The translations under genes were made by a program, and so were the position numbers. A stretch of DNA of 64,000 bases from an uncultured virus (IMG/VR IMGVR_UViG_3300028840_001562) (Duplodnaviria; Heunggongvirae; Uroviricota; Caudoviricetes), in the IMG/VR virus record IMGVR_UViG_3300028840_001562; one strand, 5' to 3'. The notes beneath the pieces are model-generated. The model did not search any database. It saw only the letters and a list, made by a program, of their open reading frames with translations, and was not told the origin of the DNA. Each line of letters starts with the position of its first letter. The first letter of the stretch is position 1. This document shows positions 47,527-57,601 of the stretch, piece by piece.

Positions 47527-48959
47527 AACTAGATGTTAAAAAGAGTTACCGGCCCGCTAAAAAGCTTGCCAATCATGTTCGGTCGAATTGGTACAACGAC
47601 CCCGTTGGGTTCGGTCAGAAGATTTTAAGAGTCAAGGAATTCCACGAAAAGCCACAACTGCTTGGCTTGCGGGAGATGGCAAGCACAAACGATGTGCTCA
47701 TGCGAACCGGGCACGGTGTAGGCAAGTCATTCACGCTTGCCGCTGCAATCCTTTGGTTTTTCTGGACTAGGCCATTTTGTCGTATACCAATTATCGGGCC
47801 GTCATGGTCGCAGTTGAAGCGTTTCCTGTGGGCTGAAATTGATAAAATGTGGTTGCGCTTGCCGAAGGAATTCCAAGCCGCAGCGCACAAGACAAAGCAG
47901 CAAAGCTTTTACATGAAGGGGCCGGGGAAATCTGCCCATTACGAACCATGGAAAAATCTGTGGTGCTCGTTTACTTTTTCAGCAAACACAGACCCGGACT
48001 TGCTCGAGGGTTTGCATGCTGGCCGCGTGTTTATCGTGATCGACGAGGCCAAGGCCGTGAAAAAGGAAGCGTTTGATGCGATCGAGGGTCAAATCACAGA
48101 AAAGGGCATCTACCAAAAGGTGATGGCATCAACCCCTGGAGATCCAACCGGGGAGTTCTACGACGCAAACACAAAGCACGCTGATAGATGGAACATCATT
48201 CACGCGACGCAATATGATTCTCCTATGATCAACCCACAGACCATAGAGGACAAAAAGAAGAGGTGGGGCGAAAGTTCCCCTATATTTATTTCTAAGGTGT
48301 TGGGCAATTTTGCCCCCGGGGGGATTGACCGCATTTTCACGCTCACCGCATTGGAAAATGCAATGGGGAAGATGCCAGCTATTGAGGGAGACAGGTGGCT
48401 TGGCGTTGACGTGGCTCGTTTTGGCAATGATATGACGGCGTTTGTCATTTATCAGGGCGGCCAGGTATTGCATTATGAACAGTATGGAGGGCGTGATCTG
48501 ATGCACACGGCCGGGCGCATCACGGATTTTGTCAGAAAAGGCGAAATCGAGGGCGTGTGCATTGATGACCGAGGTTTGGGCGGGGGCGTAACGGACCGGC
48601 TACGCGAAACCCTGCCCGCCTCGGTCGAAATGGTGCCAATAACAGGTGAGGAGCGGGCACAGGATGAGGAGCACTATGCTAACTGGCAGACCGAGCTGCT
48701 TTTCGACATTCAGGATAAAATGAACACCGGCGAATTGAGATTGGGCAACTTTGAAGAGTTAAGAGCACAGCTTTCAACAATACCCTATGAGTTTACAAGC
48801 GCAGGACAATTCAAGATGCCAAGCAGGCCCAAGTTTCACTTGCCAGACGGTGGTGCAGCTCTGTCTTATGCGCATTACGGAGCAAGCGTTGCACACGGTT
48901 CAAGCCTATCTGCATTCGATGATTTGAACCGGGCAGCAGTGATTCCTTCGCAGTGGTAA
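47523..48959 (+). CDS. terL: Terminase large subunit
   Basis: TGHGVGKS, VIDEA, STP, GVDVARFG.D, IDD.GLGGGV.D. Confidence 0.93.
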   Translation: MKLDVKKSYRPAKKLANHVRSNWYNDPVGFGQKILRVKEFHEKPQLLGLREMASTNDVLMRTGHGVGKSFTLAAAILWFFWTRPFCRIPIIGPSWSQLKRFLWAEIDKMWLRLPKEFQAAAHKTKQQSFYMKGPGKSAHYEPWKNLWCSFTFSANTDPDLLEGLHAGRVFIVIDEAKAVKKEAFDAIEGQITEKGIYQKVMASTPGDPTGEFYDANTKHADRWNIIHATQYDSPMINPQTIEDKKKRWGESSPIFISKVLGNFAPGGIDRIFTLTALENAMGKMPAIEGDRWLGVDVARFGNDMTAFVIYQGGQVLHYEQYGGRDLMHTAGRITDFVRKGEIEGVCIDDRGLGGGVTDRLRETLPASVEMVPITGEERAQDEEHYANWQTELLFDIQDKMNTGELRLGNFEELRAQLSTIPYEFTSAGQFKMPSRPKFHLPDGGAALSYAHYGASVAHGSSLSAFDDLNRAAVIPSQW

Positions 48960-48981
48960 CTCGAAACAACTTGAAAATGAC

Positions 48982-51273
48982 TTGCCAAATTGTCAAAAAC
49001 CGTGTTACCCGTCTAATATGCCACGAACAAGAAACCGCGTTTTGAGGGGAGAGCGCGCCCCATCCAAAGCAAGGAAGTTCAAAGAGCGTCCTGCCAAACC
49101 GCCCATTAACAAAGCCGAAGGTGTCGCTGGTTTTGAGGTGCAAATGTATGGGTGGGATAACCTTCGGGACGCTGACGAATACAACCCCGATCTGTATGGC
49201 GCCTCCGGCATTACTGTTTACAACAAGATGGCCAGGAATGACCCAACGATTCAGGCAATGCTGCTTTCGTTGGAGCTTCCAGTTACAAATGCCGAATGGA
49301 CAATCCAAGAGCCGAAAGACCCCGAAAAATTAGAAACAGAATGCTCCGAATGGTTGCAATGGGCTGTTTTTGAGGGGATGGAACAAGAGTTTGATTCCGT
49401 TTTGCGGCTGGCAATGGAGTCATTGAAATGTGGCTTTTCACTTGGCGAAAAAATCTATGATTATGACGCAAAGAAGCGTTGTTTTGTAAAAAGCCTCGCC
49501 CCAAGAGAGCAGTCAACAATCAAACAATGGGTCATTGATAACAACGAAAATCTGACAGCGTTCAAACAACAAGTATATTCAGGCGTTACCAGGGGAACCT
49601 ACAACATACCCCGATGGAAAACTGTGCTTTTTGTAAACCGCCCAAGCTCAGGGAGCCCCAAGGGGCAAAGCATTCTTAGGGCGGCCTATAAGCCATGGAA
49701 GCGCAAAGAGAAGTTCGAAAAGTATCAAAACGTACAATTTATGCGCCATGCGGTTGGTATCCCAAAGATAGTGCTACCGAAAAACGTGAACGCATCGGAC
49801 AAGGTTGCAGCGGCCAATATCGCCAAGAACCTAAGAGCCCACCAGCAGAGTTACGCCATTTTCCCAGAGGGTTGGGAAGTTGATTTTATGGATCAGGGTC
49901 AATCCAAGTTTTTGGATATTCTGCCAGGCATCAAATATTGTGATGATCAGATGATCAAGGCGGTTTTGGCTCAATTCCTGAACCTTGGTGAACATGCCAC
50001 AGGTAGCTATGCGCTTGGCGAATCGTTTGTTTCGATTTTCCTTCAGAACCTCGAGGCAACGGCCAAAAGTATTGCTAGGGTGATCAACAGGGAATTGATT
50101 GGCGACCTAATCGAAATGAATTTTCCTGGTATCGAACAGGGCCGAAGGCCGAAAATTGTGGTTTCTGGTATCATAACGGAAGCTTACAAGGAAATGGCAG
50201 AGGCTTATTCTGCGCTGTTTACGAGCGGCGCTGTCACTCATGACGAAATCACGGAAGATGCGATCAGAGAGCGGATGCACTTGCCGTTGAAGGATAAAAA
50301 AGCCCAGAAAGAAGAGGACGAGCCAGAGCAGGACGAAAAGGACGAAAACGGGGATGGGGTAACTGGTCAAGCCATGACACTTCCTATACCGCTAGCAAAA
50401 AAGGCAGCCGCGTTACCTTCCGAAATAGCCGGTTACCCCATCCTTCAGAAAAGAGAGATCAGGCCCTCCGAGCGATATGTCACTTGGAAGATGATCGAGG
50501 GGAGTCTTGATTCCGGTACTGGTCAAATAGTCACCATTACTCAGGATTCCCGGCAGCAGATCCTTGACCTATTGCAGCAACAGATCATTGACGTTTTGAA
50601 AAGCGGCCAGCCTGGCGAGGCTTTCAAGATTGCTGTTCCCGATGAGATGGAACGTGCAACCGCTGAGTCTATCAAAACCGTGTTGACCGAAATGTATGAT
50701 TATGGTCGGCAAACGGTCAAAGATGAGCAGAGAAGGCAACAGGCGGCCCAAAAGAAGGCCGCAGAGCTGAAGAAACCACCGAAGGTCAAGAAAGTAAGCC
50801 CAACAAAGAGCGTTGCAGACCCTAAGAACGCCGAGGCTATATTGGAAGCCATGAGCGTGCGGTTAGGCCAGCGGGTATGGCAGCAGGTCGAAAACAGCGC
50901 AAGGGATCTTGTCATTGCACAACTGGCAAGAGGCCAAGCCGATGTTGAATCAATCATGGAATCGATCGGGGAACTTTCTTCAAAAAAAATAGAAACATCG
51001 GCAAGCAATGTAGTTAATGAGGCGTTCGGCAAGGGCCGAGCTTATCAGATTGAAGAGGTCGGCGGAGACATTCAATATGTCGAACTTTCATCAATGCTCG
51101 ATATGAATACATGCGAGGAATGTGCGAGGCTGGATATGGAGCTTGGGCCTATTCTTGTTGGCTCTCCAGAGTATGATCGCTATATGCCGCCCCTGGTCAA
51201 CGATTGCTTAGGCGGTGGCCGATGCAGATGCGTTTACGTTGCGACGTTTGAAGAGTCTGCACCGGAAGCATAG
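48982..51273 (+). CDS. Mu gp29/DUF935-like portal fused to a gpF-like head morphogenesis domain
   Basis: G.SILRAAY..W, GSYALG; C-terminal D.NTC..C..LD...CRC. Confidence 0.85.
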   Translation: MPNCQKPCYPSNMPRTRNRVLRGERAPSKARKFKERPAKPPINKAEGVAGFEVQMYGWDNLRDADEYNPDLYGASGITVYNKMARNDPTIQAMLLSLELPVTNAEWTIQEPKDPEKLETECSEWLQWAVFEGMEQEFDSVLRLAMESLKCGFSLGEKIYDYDAKKRCFVKSLAPREQSTIKQWVIDNNENLTAFKQQVYSGVTRGTYNIPRWKTVLFVNRPSSGSPKGQSILRAAYKPWKRKEKFEKYQNVQFMRHAVGIPKIVLPKNVNASDKVAAANIAKNLRAHQQSYAIFPEGWEVDFMDQGQSKFLDILPGIKYCDDQMIKAVLAQFLNLGEHATGSYALGESFVSIFLQNLEATAKSIARVINRELIGDLIEMNFPGIEQGRRPKIVVSGIITEAYKEMAEAYSALFTSGAVTHDEITEDAIRERMHLPLKDKKAQKEEDEPEQDEKDENGDGVTGQAMTLPIPLAKKAAALPSEIAGYPILQKREIRPSERYVTWKMIEGSLDSGTGQIVTITQDSRQQILDLLQQQIIDVLKSGQPGEAFKIAVPDEMERATAESIKTVLTEMYDYGRQTVKDEQRRQQAAQKKAAELKKPPKVKKVSPTKSVADPKNAEAILEAMSVRLGQRVWQQVENSARDLVIAQLARGQADVESIMESIGELSSKKIETSASNVVNEAFGKGRAYQIEEVGGDIQYVELSSMLDMNTCEECARLDMELGPILVGSPEYDRYMPPLVNDCLGGGRCRCVYVATFEESAPEA

Positions 51274-51354
51274 TTGACACTTTGACAAAAACGCTTGACA
51301 TTTTGGCAAGCATTCCTTCACAATACCTGCAGAAACTTTCCAAGGGGCTTTTCC

Positions 51355-51579
51355 TTGCCGTATCCAAACGAGCACGCTTGCAGGGTCAAAGATCCAAGCC
51401 AATTTGACAGTTTTAGCCGAGACAACAGCAAGAGCCCAAATCTGATTTTTGGCATCAAAAACGGAAAACCAGAGATTCAATCCTTCAGGTATCCCATCAA
51501 TGATTGGACGGAAGATAAAGCAACGAACCATTGCGATATGAATGGGGGCGATTTTGAGCCAGCAGAAACAGACAGTTAG
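51355..51579 (+). CDS. PYPNEH-type head-associated domain, possibly the frameshifted N-terminus of the protease
   Basis: TTG start with SD; PYPNEHACR...QSFRY...W...FEPA. Confidence 0.55.
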   Translation: MPYPNEHACRVKDPSQFDSFSRDNSKSPNLIFGIKNGKPEIQSFRYPINDWTEDKATNHCDMNGGDFEPAETDS

Positions 51580-52849
51580 TTTTTCTGACAAATATAATAG
51601 CATCAAGCAAATACCTGCACAGTTCAACACGCTTCCAGAAACAGCTAAAGAGCTTGTTTTAGATGTTCTCAACATCATGGATGTTGGTTCATTTGGCGAG
51701 TCTTTGGCTAATGCTGCAGCGTGGGGTGTTGTAAATAAGCAGTTCCAGCAGCTTGATGACGGTTCATGGGTTGAGCGTGAGCAAAGGCCAAAACTTAGGA
51801 TTGTGCAATCCAAGGTGGACGTAATTCACTGCAGGACGAACTTCGAAGGGGCGGCACAATCTTGGATTCAGGTATTCAAATCCGGCAAATTCAAGCACGA
51901 CCTATATGGTGATTTCGAGATCAATAAAGAGCTGATGTCCTCGATGGTCGAGAACTTCCACAAATACATAGATCGCGACGTGATGGTCGATTATAACCAT
52001 GCCAGCTTTTCCGATGATCCTGATTCTGCCAAAGCTGCCGGTTGGGTTAGAGAACTTGAAACCAGGCGCAACGATTCACAAGTATGGGCCTTGATTGATT
52101 GGACTAACAAGGCCGTTGAATACATAAATGAGGGTGAATATCGGTTCATTTCACCGGAATGGACTGAAAACGCAAAATGCAATAAGACCGGCAAGGATTT
52201 GGGGCCGATGTTGCTTGCCGTTGGTTTGGTTAATCGCCCATTTCTAGCGGGCATGAAGCCCGTGCAATTATCTGAAATCCCATTGAATGGAGGGGAAACA
52301 GAGATGCCTATTCCCAAAGAAGTGTTTGAAGTGCTTGGAATCCCTGAAGATTCCGAGGAAAAACAGTTGCTTGAAGCGATCAAAGATCGTCAAAGCCTGC
52401 TTTCCGATGAGATCCGCAAGTTAGTTGAACCAGCGGAGGGGGAATCGTTGGTTGAAGCGGTGACGCGGAAGGTGGGCGAACTTGAGGAGGCAGCCAAAAA
52501 ATTAGATGCGATGCAGAAAACAGTTGAAGAGATGAAGGAAGAAAATGCCAAGGTTGTCGCAGAAAAGAAGGCGTCGGAGGCCAATGCTTTCGCCGACAAG
52601 ATCATTTTGACAGACAAAAAGGCCCTTCCTAAGCAACGCGAGCAAATCATCAAAATGTGGGAAAAAATCGGGGAAGAGGAAACAAAGAAGTTTTTTGATG
52701 AAACCCCCGAGCTTGATCATTTCAAAGTGCAGGGGGCAGGAAGTGAAGAGGAAAACATTGAATTGACCGAAGGTGAACTTGCTGCAGCGAAGGTGCTTGG
52801 CAATGATCCCGAGAAGTTGAAAAAATTTAAAGCGGAAAAACCGCAATAA
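51542..52849 (+). CDS. Mu gpI-like prohead protease/scaffold with an N-terminal ChaB-like domain
   Basis: VDYNH, AAGW, WT..A...I...EYRFISPE, GLVNRPF; LPETAK...AAWGVV....GSW. Confidence 0.85.
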   Translation: MGAILSQQKQTVSFSDKYNSIKQIPAQFNTLPETAKELVLDVLNIMDVGSFGESLANAAAWGVVNKQFQQLDDGSWVEREQRPKLRIVQSKVDVIHCRTNFEGAAQSWIQVFKSGKFKHDLYGDFEINKELMSSMVENFHKYIDRDVMVDYNHASFSDDPDSAKAAGWVRELETRRNDSQVWALIDWTNKAVEYINEGEYRFISPEWTENAKCNKTGKDLGPMLLAVGLVNRPFLAGMKPVQLSEIPLNGGETEMPIPKEVFEVLGIPEDSEEKQLLEAIKDRQSLLSDEIRKLVEPAEGESLVEAVTRKVGELEEAAKKLDAMQKTVEEMKEENAKVVAEKKASEANAFADKIILTDKKALPKQREQIIKMWEKIGEEETKKFFDETPELDHFKVQGAGSEEENIELTEGELAAAKVLGNDPEKLKKFKAEKPQ

Positions 52850-52864
52850 GGGAGGTAGTGAATT

Positions 52865-53284
52865 ATGACAGCCTTGACTGCAGATAGAGCTTTTCAGGCA
52901 AAGGATGGTTATTTCCAAGATTTTCCTGTTGAAGCGTCAGAGGTGATTTACAAAGGAGCGATTGTTGGTGATAACGGTGCGGGTTATGCACAAGCTCTCG
53001 CTTCGGGCGATCCTTTCTTGGGAATTGCTATTGAACAAGCAGACAATTCGAGCGGATCCGCTGGTGACATTAATTGTGTTTGTCGCAGAAAGGGCATCGT
53101 GCGTTTTACTGGTCAATCCGGTTTTTCGCAAACTGATGTTGGCACTAAAGCCTACGCGCACGACGATGGAACTGTAAGCGCAACAAAGGGCTCGAAAACA
53201 TTCATTGGTTATTTTGTTAAATATGAAAGCGCATCAGTAATGTGGGTTGATCTCATGCCTGATGCAAACGACGAAATTACTTGA
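52865..53284 (+). CDS. Head decoration/cement protein
   Basis: MTALT.DR, IYKGA.V, FLGIA; lies before the capsid gene. Confidence 0.75.
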   Translation: MTALTADRAFQAKDGYFQDFPVEASEVIYKGAIVGDNGAGYAQALASGDPFLGIAIEQADNSSGSAGDINCVCRRKGIVRFTGQSGFSQTDVGTKAYAHDDGTVSATKGSKTFIGYFVKYESASVMWVDLMPDANDEIT

Positions 53285-53303
53285 TAAGGGAGGGGCGTGA
53301 AAA

Positions 53304-54212
53304 ATGAGTTCCATTGTTACACCTGATTTTGTTGCCGGTGTTTATACTAATTACCGGTCGGAGTTTAACGAATACTATGCAGCGGCTTTGAAGGAATTTC
53401 CGCTTGCAGACCTAGTTACTGAAGTTCCTAGCACGAAAGACACAGAGGATTATTCGTGGCTTGGTGATCTTCCGGCGGTTCGTGAATTTGTTGGTGAGCG
53501 TGTTTACAAGGGTATCGCGGTCCACAACTACAGCATCAAAAACAAAACATGGGAAAACACGATTGCCATTGATGCTGATACTTTTGAGGACACGAATCAG
53601 GTCGTGCAGATCCGCCCACGGGTTCAGGATCTTGCGGCGTCTATTGTCCGTCATAAGTTCTCGTTGCTGACTACGTTGATTGAAGCGAATGGGACAGTTT
53701 ATGACGGCCAGGCGCTCTATTCGAATTCGCATAGCAGCGGCGAGTCTGGAACACAGGACAACCTGTTAAGTGGTGCCGGTACGTCAGTTGCAAACCTGAA
53801 AACCGACATGATTGCAGCAAAGGCGGCGTTGCGCAAATTCAAAACCGACACTGGCGAATATGTTAATGCCGGTATGAATTTGGTAGTTATGGCACCCCCT
53901 GCCCTTGAAGGAGTGTTTGACGAATTCCTAAATGCGACAATCATCAGTCAAACAACGAACATCTTTAAGGGTGCCGCAAAGCTAATCATCAACCCATACC
54001 TGACAGATGCTAATGACTGGTATCTGTTCAACGTGGTTGGTCCGATCAAGGCCCTTATTTTCCAAATGAGGGAACAGCCAAGCCTCACGGCCATCACAAG
54101 CCCGCAATCCGATCATGTATTCAAATACAACGAATACCTGTGGGGCACCAAAGCTCGCTATAATGCCGGTTTCGGCCTTTGGCAGCTTACATGCAAAGTC
54201 GTCAACACCTAA
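53304..54212 (+). CDS. Mu gpT-like major head protein
   Basis: Y.WLG..P..RE.VGER, Y.IKNK.WE.TI, YDGQ, ARYNAGFG.WQL. Confidence 0.92.
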   Translation: MSSIVTPDFVAGVYTNYRSEFNEYYAAALKEFPLADLVTEVPSTKDTEDYSWLGDLPAVREFVGERVYKGIAVHNYSIKNKTWENTIAIDADTFEDTNQVVQIRPRVQDLAASIVRHKFSLLTTLIEANGTVYDGQALYSNSHSSGESGTQDNLLSGAGTSVANLKTDMIAAKAALRKFKTDTGEYVNAGMNLVVMAPPALEGVFDEFLNATIISQTTNIFKGAAKLIINPYLTDANDWYLFNVVGPIKALIFQMREQPSLTAITSPQSDHVFKYNEYLWGTKARYNAGFGLWQLTCKVVNT

Positions 54213-54233
54213 TTAGGGGTTGATTGAACGAAC

Positions 54234-54276
54234 AAAAGGGGGCGGGGTTGGCAGACAGCTTGCTCCGCCCCCTTTT
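54234..54276 (+). terminator. Intrinsic terminator after the major head gene
   Basis: AAAAGGGGGCGGGG...CTCCGCCCCCTTTT. Confidence 0.8.
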
Positions 54277-54291
54277 ACCAAGGGGGGTTGA

Positions 54292-54750
54292 ATGTCAATC
54301 ACGGTAGGCACCGATGGTTATTGCACGCTGAAGGATATAAAAAACCAACTGCCCTTGCGGAAGTTTTCAGGAACAAGCAAACCATCGGAATCTGACGTTG
54401 AAGGCTTCATCACAGATGCCTTTTATCAAATGAATGATGCCTTGCGTTCTGCAGGGTATTCCGTTCCAATGACAGATGCGACAGATCAGGCAACGCTGAA
54501 AATCATCAACGCAAAAATCGTAGCGGTAAGGATAGAGCAAGCAATAGCGATCAGTCAGAGGCGCGATATAGGAGACAGTATCGCGCCAATACAAGACGAA
54601 ATAACGGCCTTTTTTGATGGTCTGAAAGATGGAAGTTTACAGCTTTCAACAGGAGATAACCCGGCATACACCCCTGATGGGCAAGAGGACTTGCTTGCAG
54701 GTGGGGACAACGAGACTCCTGATTTCAAAATTGATGATGCGACGGACTGA
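54292..54750 (+). CDS. Head-tail adaptor (Mu gp36-like)
   Basis: YCT..DI, L...GY.VP; position. Confidence 0.7.
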   Translation: MSITVGTDGYCTLKDIKNQLPLRKFSGTSKPSESDVEGFITDAFYQMNDALRSAGYSVPMTDATDQATLKIINAKIVAVRIEQAIAISQRRDIGDSIAPIQDEITAFFDGLKDGSLQLSTGDNPAYTPDGQEDLLAGGDNETPDFKIDDATD

Positions 54751-55211
54751 TGGGGGCAATCAAGTTACAAATAGGGATGCAGGGCGATCGGCAGTTCAAC
54801 CGCGTTCTGATAACCAAAAAAAACCAGGTCGAAGATTTCCGCCCTATTTGGTCAGATATACGGAATTTTTTGATGATTACCATGCGGGAACAGTTCGCAA
54901 CCCAAGGTGCTCGAACGGCATCGTGGAAACCGCTTTCAAGAAAGTATGCTGCTTGGAAAACAAAGAACTATCCAGGGCAAACGATTCTGCGTTTGACCGA
55001 TCGGCTGTTTCGCAGCCTTACGGTTCCAGGTTCAAGCGATATGATCTATGAATCCACGCCAAGGGAAATGAAGTTCGGCACAAAGGTAGAATATGCAGCA
55101 AAGCATCAATTTGGTGTAAAGCCGGTTCCTAGGCGTAGGTTTTTGAGTTTGACGCAAGCAGATAGGGACAAAATCAGGTTAATTATACAGAAAGCATTGA
55201 CGGCAAATTAA
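54750..55211 (+). CDS. Virion morphogenesis protein (Mu gpG-like)
   Basis: W.PLS..Y, IL.LT.RL..SL, GT.V.YA..HQFG, P.R.FL. Confidence 0.85.
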   Translation: MGAIKLQIGMQGDRQFNRVLITKKNQVEDFRPIWSDIRNFLMITMREQFATQGARTASWKPLSRKYAAWKTKNYPGQTILRLTDRLFRSLTVPGSSDMIYESTPREMKFGTKVEYAAKHQFGVKPVPRRRFLSLTQADRDKIRLIIQKALTAN

Positions 55212-55714
55212 TGATTCGCGACGTTTTAGACAAAATGAAAGATGAGCTTGATGACAACTTGCATGAAAAGTTGATTGATCAAGATCAAAATTATGATGAA
55301 GTGGAATACAATGTCGCCAATGATACGGTCGAAATTTACGTTGGTGAGCGAGATATTGCTGCAGTTCAAAACTTGCCTGCCGTCCTACTAATCCCGGTTG
55401 ACACGGATCGGGTTGAATATACTAGCCAGAAAAAGGATTTTTTTCATAATGTCGCAATGGTCGTGTTGGTTGTTGCCAGCGACCCAGAGGTCGGTCAGAA
55501 AAAATGCTGGACGATATTACGAGCATGCGAAAACGTGTTCGAATCACAAGTGGCAGATTGGCCGCTTGGTGCAGTGAATCAGTTTCAAACAACTGAATAT
55601 TCTTATTCGGAAATTGGGCGGGTTCAGACCGGGAGGGGTGAAAGCGTTTGGACGGCTGGCCTCATTTGTAGAATCAGGGAGCGTGTAGACGCTTACCTTT
55701 CAACGCAAGTATAA
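55211..55714 (+). CDS. Putative tail terminator
   Basis: LPAV motif; position before the tube gene. Confidence 0.55.
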   Translation: MIRDVLDKMKDELDDNLHEKLIDQDQNYDEVEYNVANDTVEIYVGERDIAAVQNLPAVLLIPVDTDRVEYTSQKKDFFHNVAMVVLVVASDPEVGQKKCWTILRACENVFESQVADWPLGAVNQFQTTEYSYSEIGRVQTGRGESVWTAGLICRIRERVDAYLSTQV

Positions 55715-55846
55715 GGGGGCTTTATGGGCAAGATTACGATTAAAAGCAATCCTGGTGGGACGATCGTGGTCGATCCGAAGGATGTAAAAAAGGAAAAACC
55801 TGAAAAAGATTCGAAAGAAAAAGACAAGGAAAAGGAGGGTTAAGGA

Positions 55847-56773
55847 ATGCCGCTAATTGCACAAAGGGCCTGCATGGCCGCTAAAGAAGAGGGTACAGAG
55901 GGAAGCGCCGAAACCCTAACAAATGCCGATGCTTTTCTTTGTTACGAGCCAAGTTTTGACGATGTAACGGACATCCACGAAAGAAACCCTATTAGGCCGA
56001 CGCTTTCGCAGATGAATCCTGTTACGGGTCGTTATTACGGCGTTTTGACGTTTAAAGTTGAGCTGAAGGGATCGGGAACAGCAGGAACAGCCCCAGAATG
56101 GGGGAAACTGTTCAAGTTCTGCAAAATGACGCACACCAATGTTCCGGTAACGTCTGACACCTACACCCCCGCAAGTTCTGGAGATCCTTCATGCACGGTC
56201 GCGTTCTATGTTGACGGCAAGCGTTACCAGCTTGCCGGCGCGAGGGGAACGTGGAGGTTTTCGGCGAATGTCGGCGAGATTGTAATGGTCGAATTTACCT
56301 TTTGGGGTATTGCAACGATTACAGACCAAACGCTGCTTTCAAGCATTAGCTATGATGATACGGTGCCTGAGCCGCTGCTAGGAACGTCTTTGACTGTTCA
56401 TAGTGACACGGACTTTATATGTGAAATGTTCGAGCTTGATTTGGGCAACACGCTTGCCCTTAGGCCGGACATTTCCGCAACAACTGGCATTAAGTCAATC
56501 CTTGTTCCTGATCGTAAATGCGTTGGCAGCATCAAGGTTGAGGAACGTCTTGTTTCTGATGAAGATATTTACGGCAAGTTGTTTGATGGAACCGAGGGAA
56601 ACCTAAGCGTCACGCTTGGAGCCACTGCAGGGAATATTTGCACTATCACAGCTCCAAAGCTGCGCTATACAGACATCACTCAAGAATTCCGCGACGGCAT
56701 CTTAGTTCTTACATGCGCATTTCAACTGAACATGAGTTCAGGGGATGATGAAATTTCATTAGCGTTCACATAA
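55847..56773 (+). CDS. Major tail tube protein
   Basis: VELKGSGTAGTAP.WG, GARG, G.TAGNI motifs. Confidence 0.75.
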   Translation: MPLIAQRACMAAKEEGTEGSAETLTNADAFLCYEPSFDDVTDIHERNPIRPTLSQMNPVTGRYYGVLTFKVELKGSGTAGTAPEWGKLFKFCKMTHTNVPVTSDTYTPASSGDPSCTVAFYVDGKRYQLAGARGTWRFSANVGEIVMVEFTFWGIATITDQTLLSSISYDDTVPEPLLGTSLTVHSDTDFICEMFELDLGNTLALRPDISATTGIKSILVPDRKCVGSIKVEERLVSDEDIYGKLFDGTEGNLSVTLGATAGNICTITAPKLRYTDITQEFRDGILVLTCAFQLNMSSGDDEISLAFT

Positions 56774-56807
56774 TCAATTTAACTTCCGAAAGGATGGGGG
56801 TGGCGAA

Positions 56808-57245
56808 ATGCCTGATCTAAAAAGCGCATTGACAGAACGAACAGCATGGTTTGATTGGGAACACGGCATAAGCGTTCATTTGCGCTATATCGACCGCAAA
56901 GAGCTGTCGAACTGGCTGAATGAGTCAAAGCGAAGCAAGTGGAATCCACAAACTCACCAAAGAGAAGAAACAACCGACAACAGTAAGTGGCTGAAGTTTC
57001 TTGCAACCGCCATTGTTGATTGGAAAAATCTTACTGCAGCAAACGCGCATTTGATTGGGCCGTTCAAGAAAGGCCCAAAAAAAGAAGTTTACGAGGCTAG
57101 TCAGAGCAACAAGGAATTGATCCTAGAGCGTGCTTATGGTCTTGAAAACTTCATTTTTGATAAGATCCGGGACATTCAGCAGTTTGAAGAGGAAAGGGTT
57201 GAAGAGGAAAAAAAAGGCTCCGGGAGTGGGCAGCCTACTGCTTAG
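56808..57245 (+). CDS. Tail assembly chaperone (G-like)
   Basis: Lies between tube and tape measure; slippery A8 run near the 3' end. Confidence 0.75.
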   Translation: MPDLKSALTERTAWFDWEHGISVHLRYIDRKELSNWLNESKRSKWNPQTHQREETTDNSKWLKFLATAIVDWKNLTAANAHLIGPFKKGPKKEVYEASQSNKELILERAYGLENFIFDKIRDIQQFEEERVEEEKKGSGSGQPTA

Positions 57246-57601
57246 ATAGAAAGAATCGGCAGTGTTTTAGGTGTGAAGAGGAAAAAGAGAAGTTCGGCAG
57301 ACCGACTCCCGATTGTGATCAATGTAGATTTTTCAGCTTGCAAAAAGAATTCCTCCCGGCCAATTCGGAGGCATGGAGCTTGTACTTGATATTGACAAGC
57401 ACGACCACGATGGAACAGGGCTTCAATTACAAGGGGGCGGAATTCTTATACGACCTTTACAAGCCCACCGATCCAATTTTGACATTCGAAAAGATGAAGG
57501 TGTGTTACGAGGAGGACGTTAAAGTTCATAATCGTAACATGGAAGAACGCATTTCTTCAACTAAGAAAACAAAGGGCAAAAAATGGCCGAACCGACGGTA
57601 G
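57209..57601 (+). CDS. -1 frameshift extension of the chaperone (GT-like)
   Basis: A AAA AAA at 57209-57215; the -1 frame is open (RLREWAAYC...CFRC...CDQC) into ORF 57338-57601. Confidence 0.75.
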   Translation, partial: KKRLREWAAYCLDRKNRQCFRCEEEKEKFGRPTPDCDQCRFFSLQKEFLPANSEAWSLYLILTSTTTMEQGFNYKGAEFLYDLYKPTDPILTFEKMKVCYEEDVKVHNRNMEERISSTKKTKGKKWPNRR

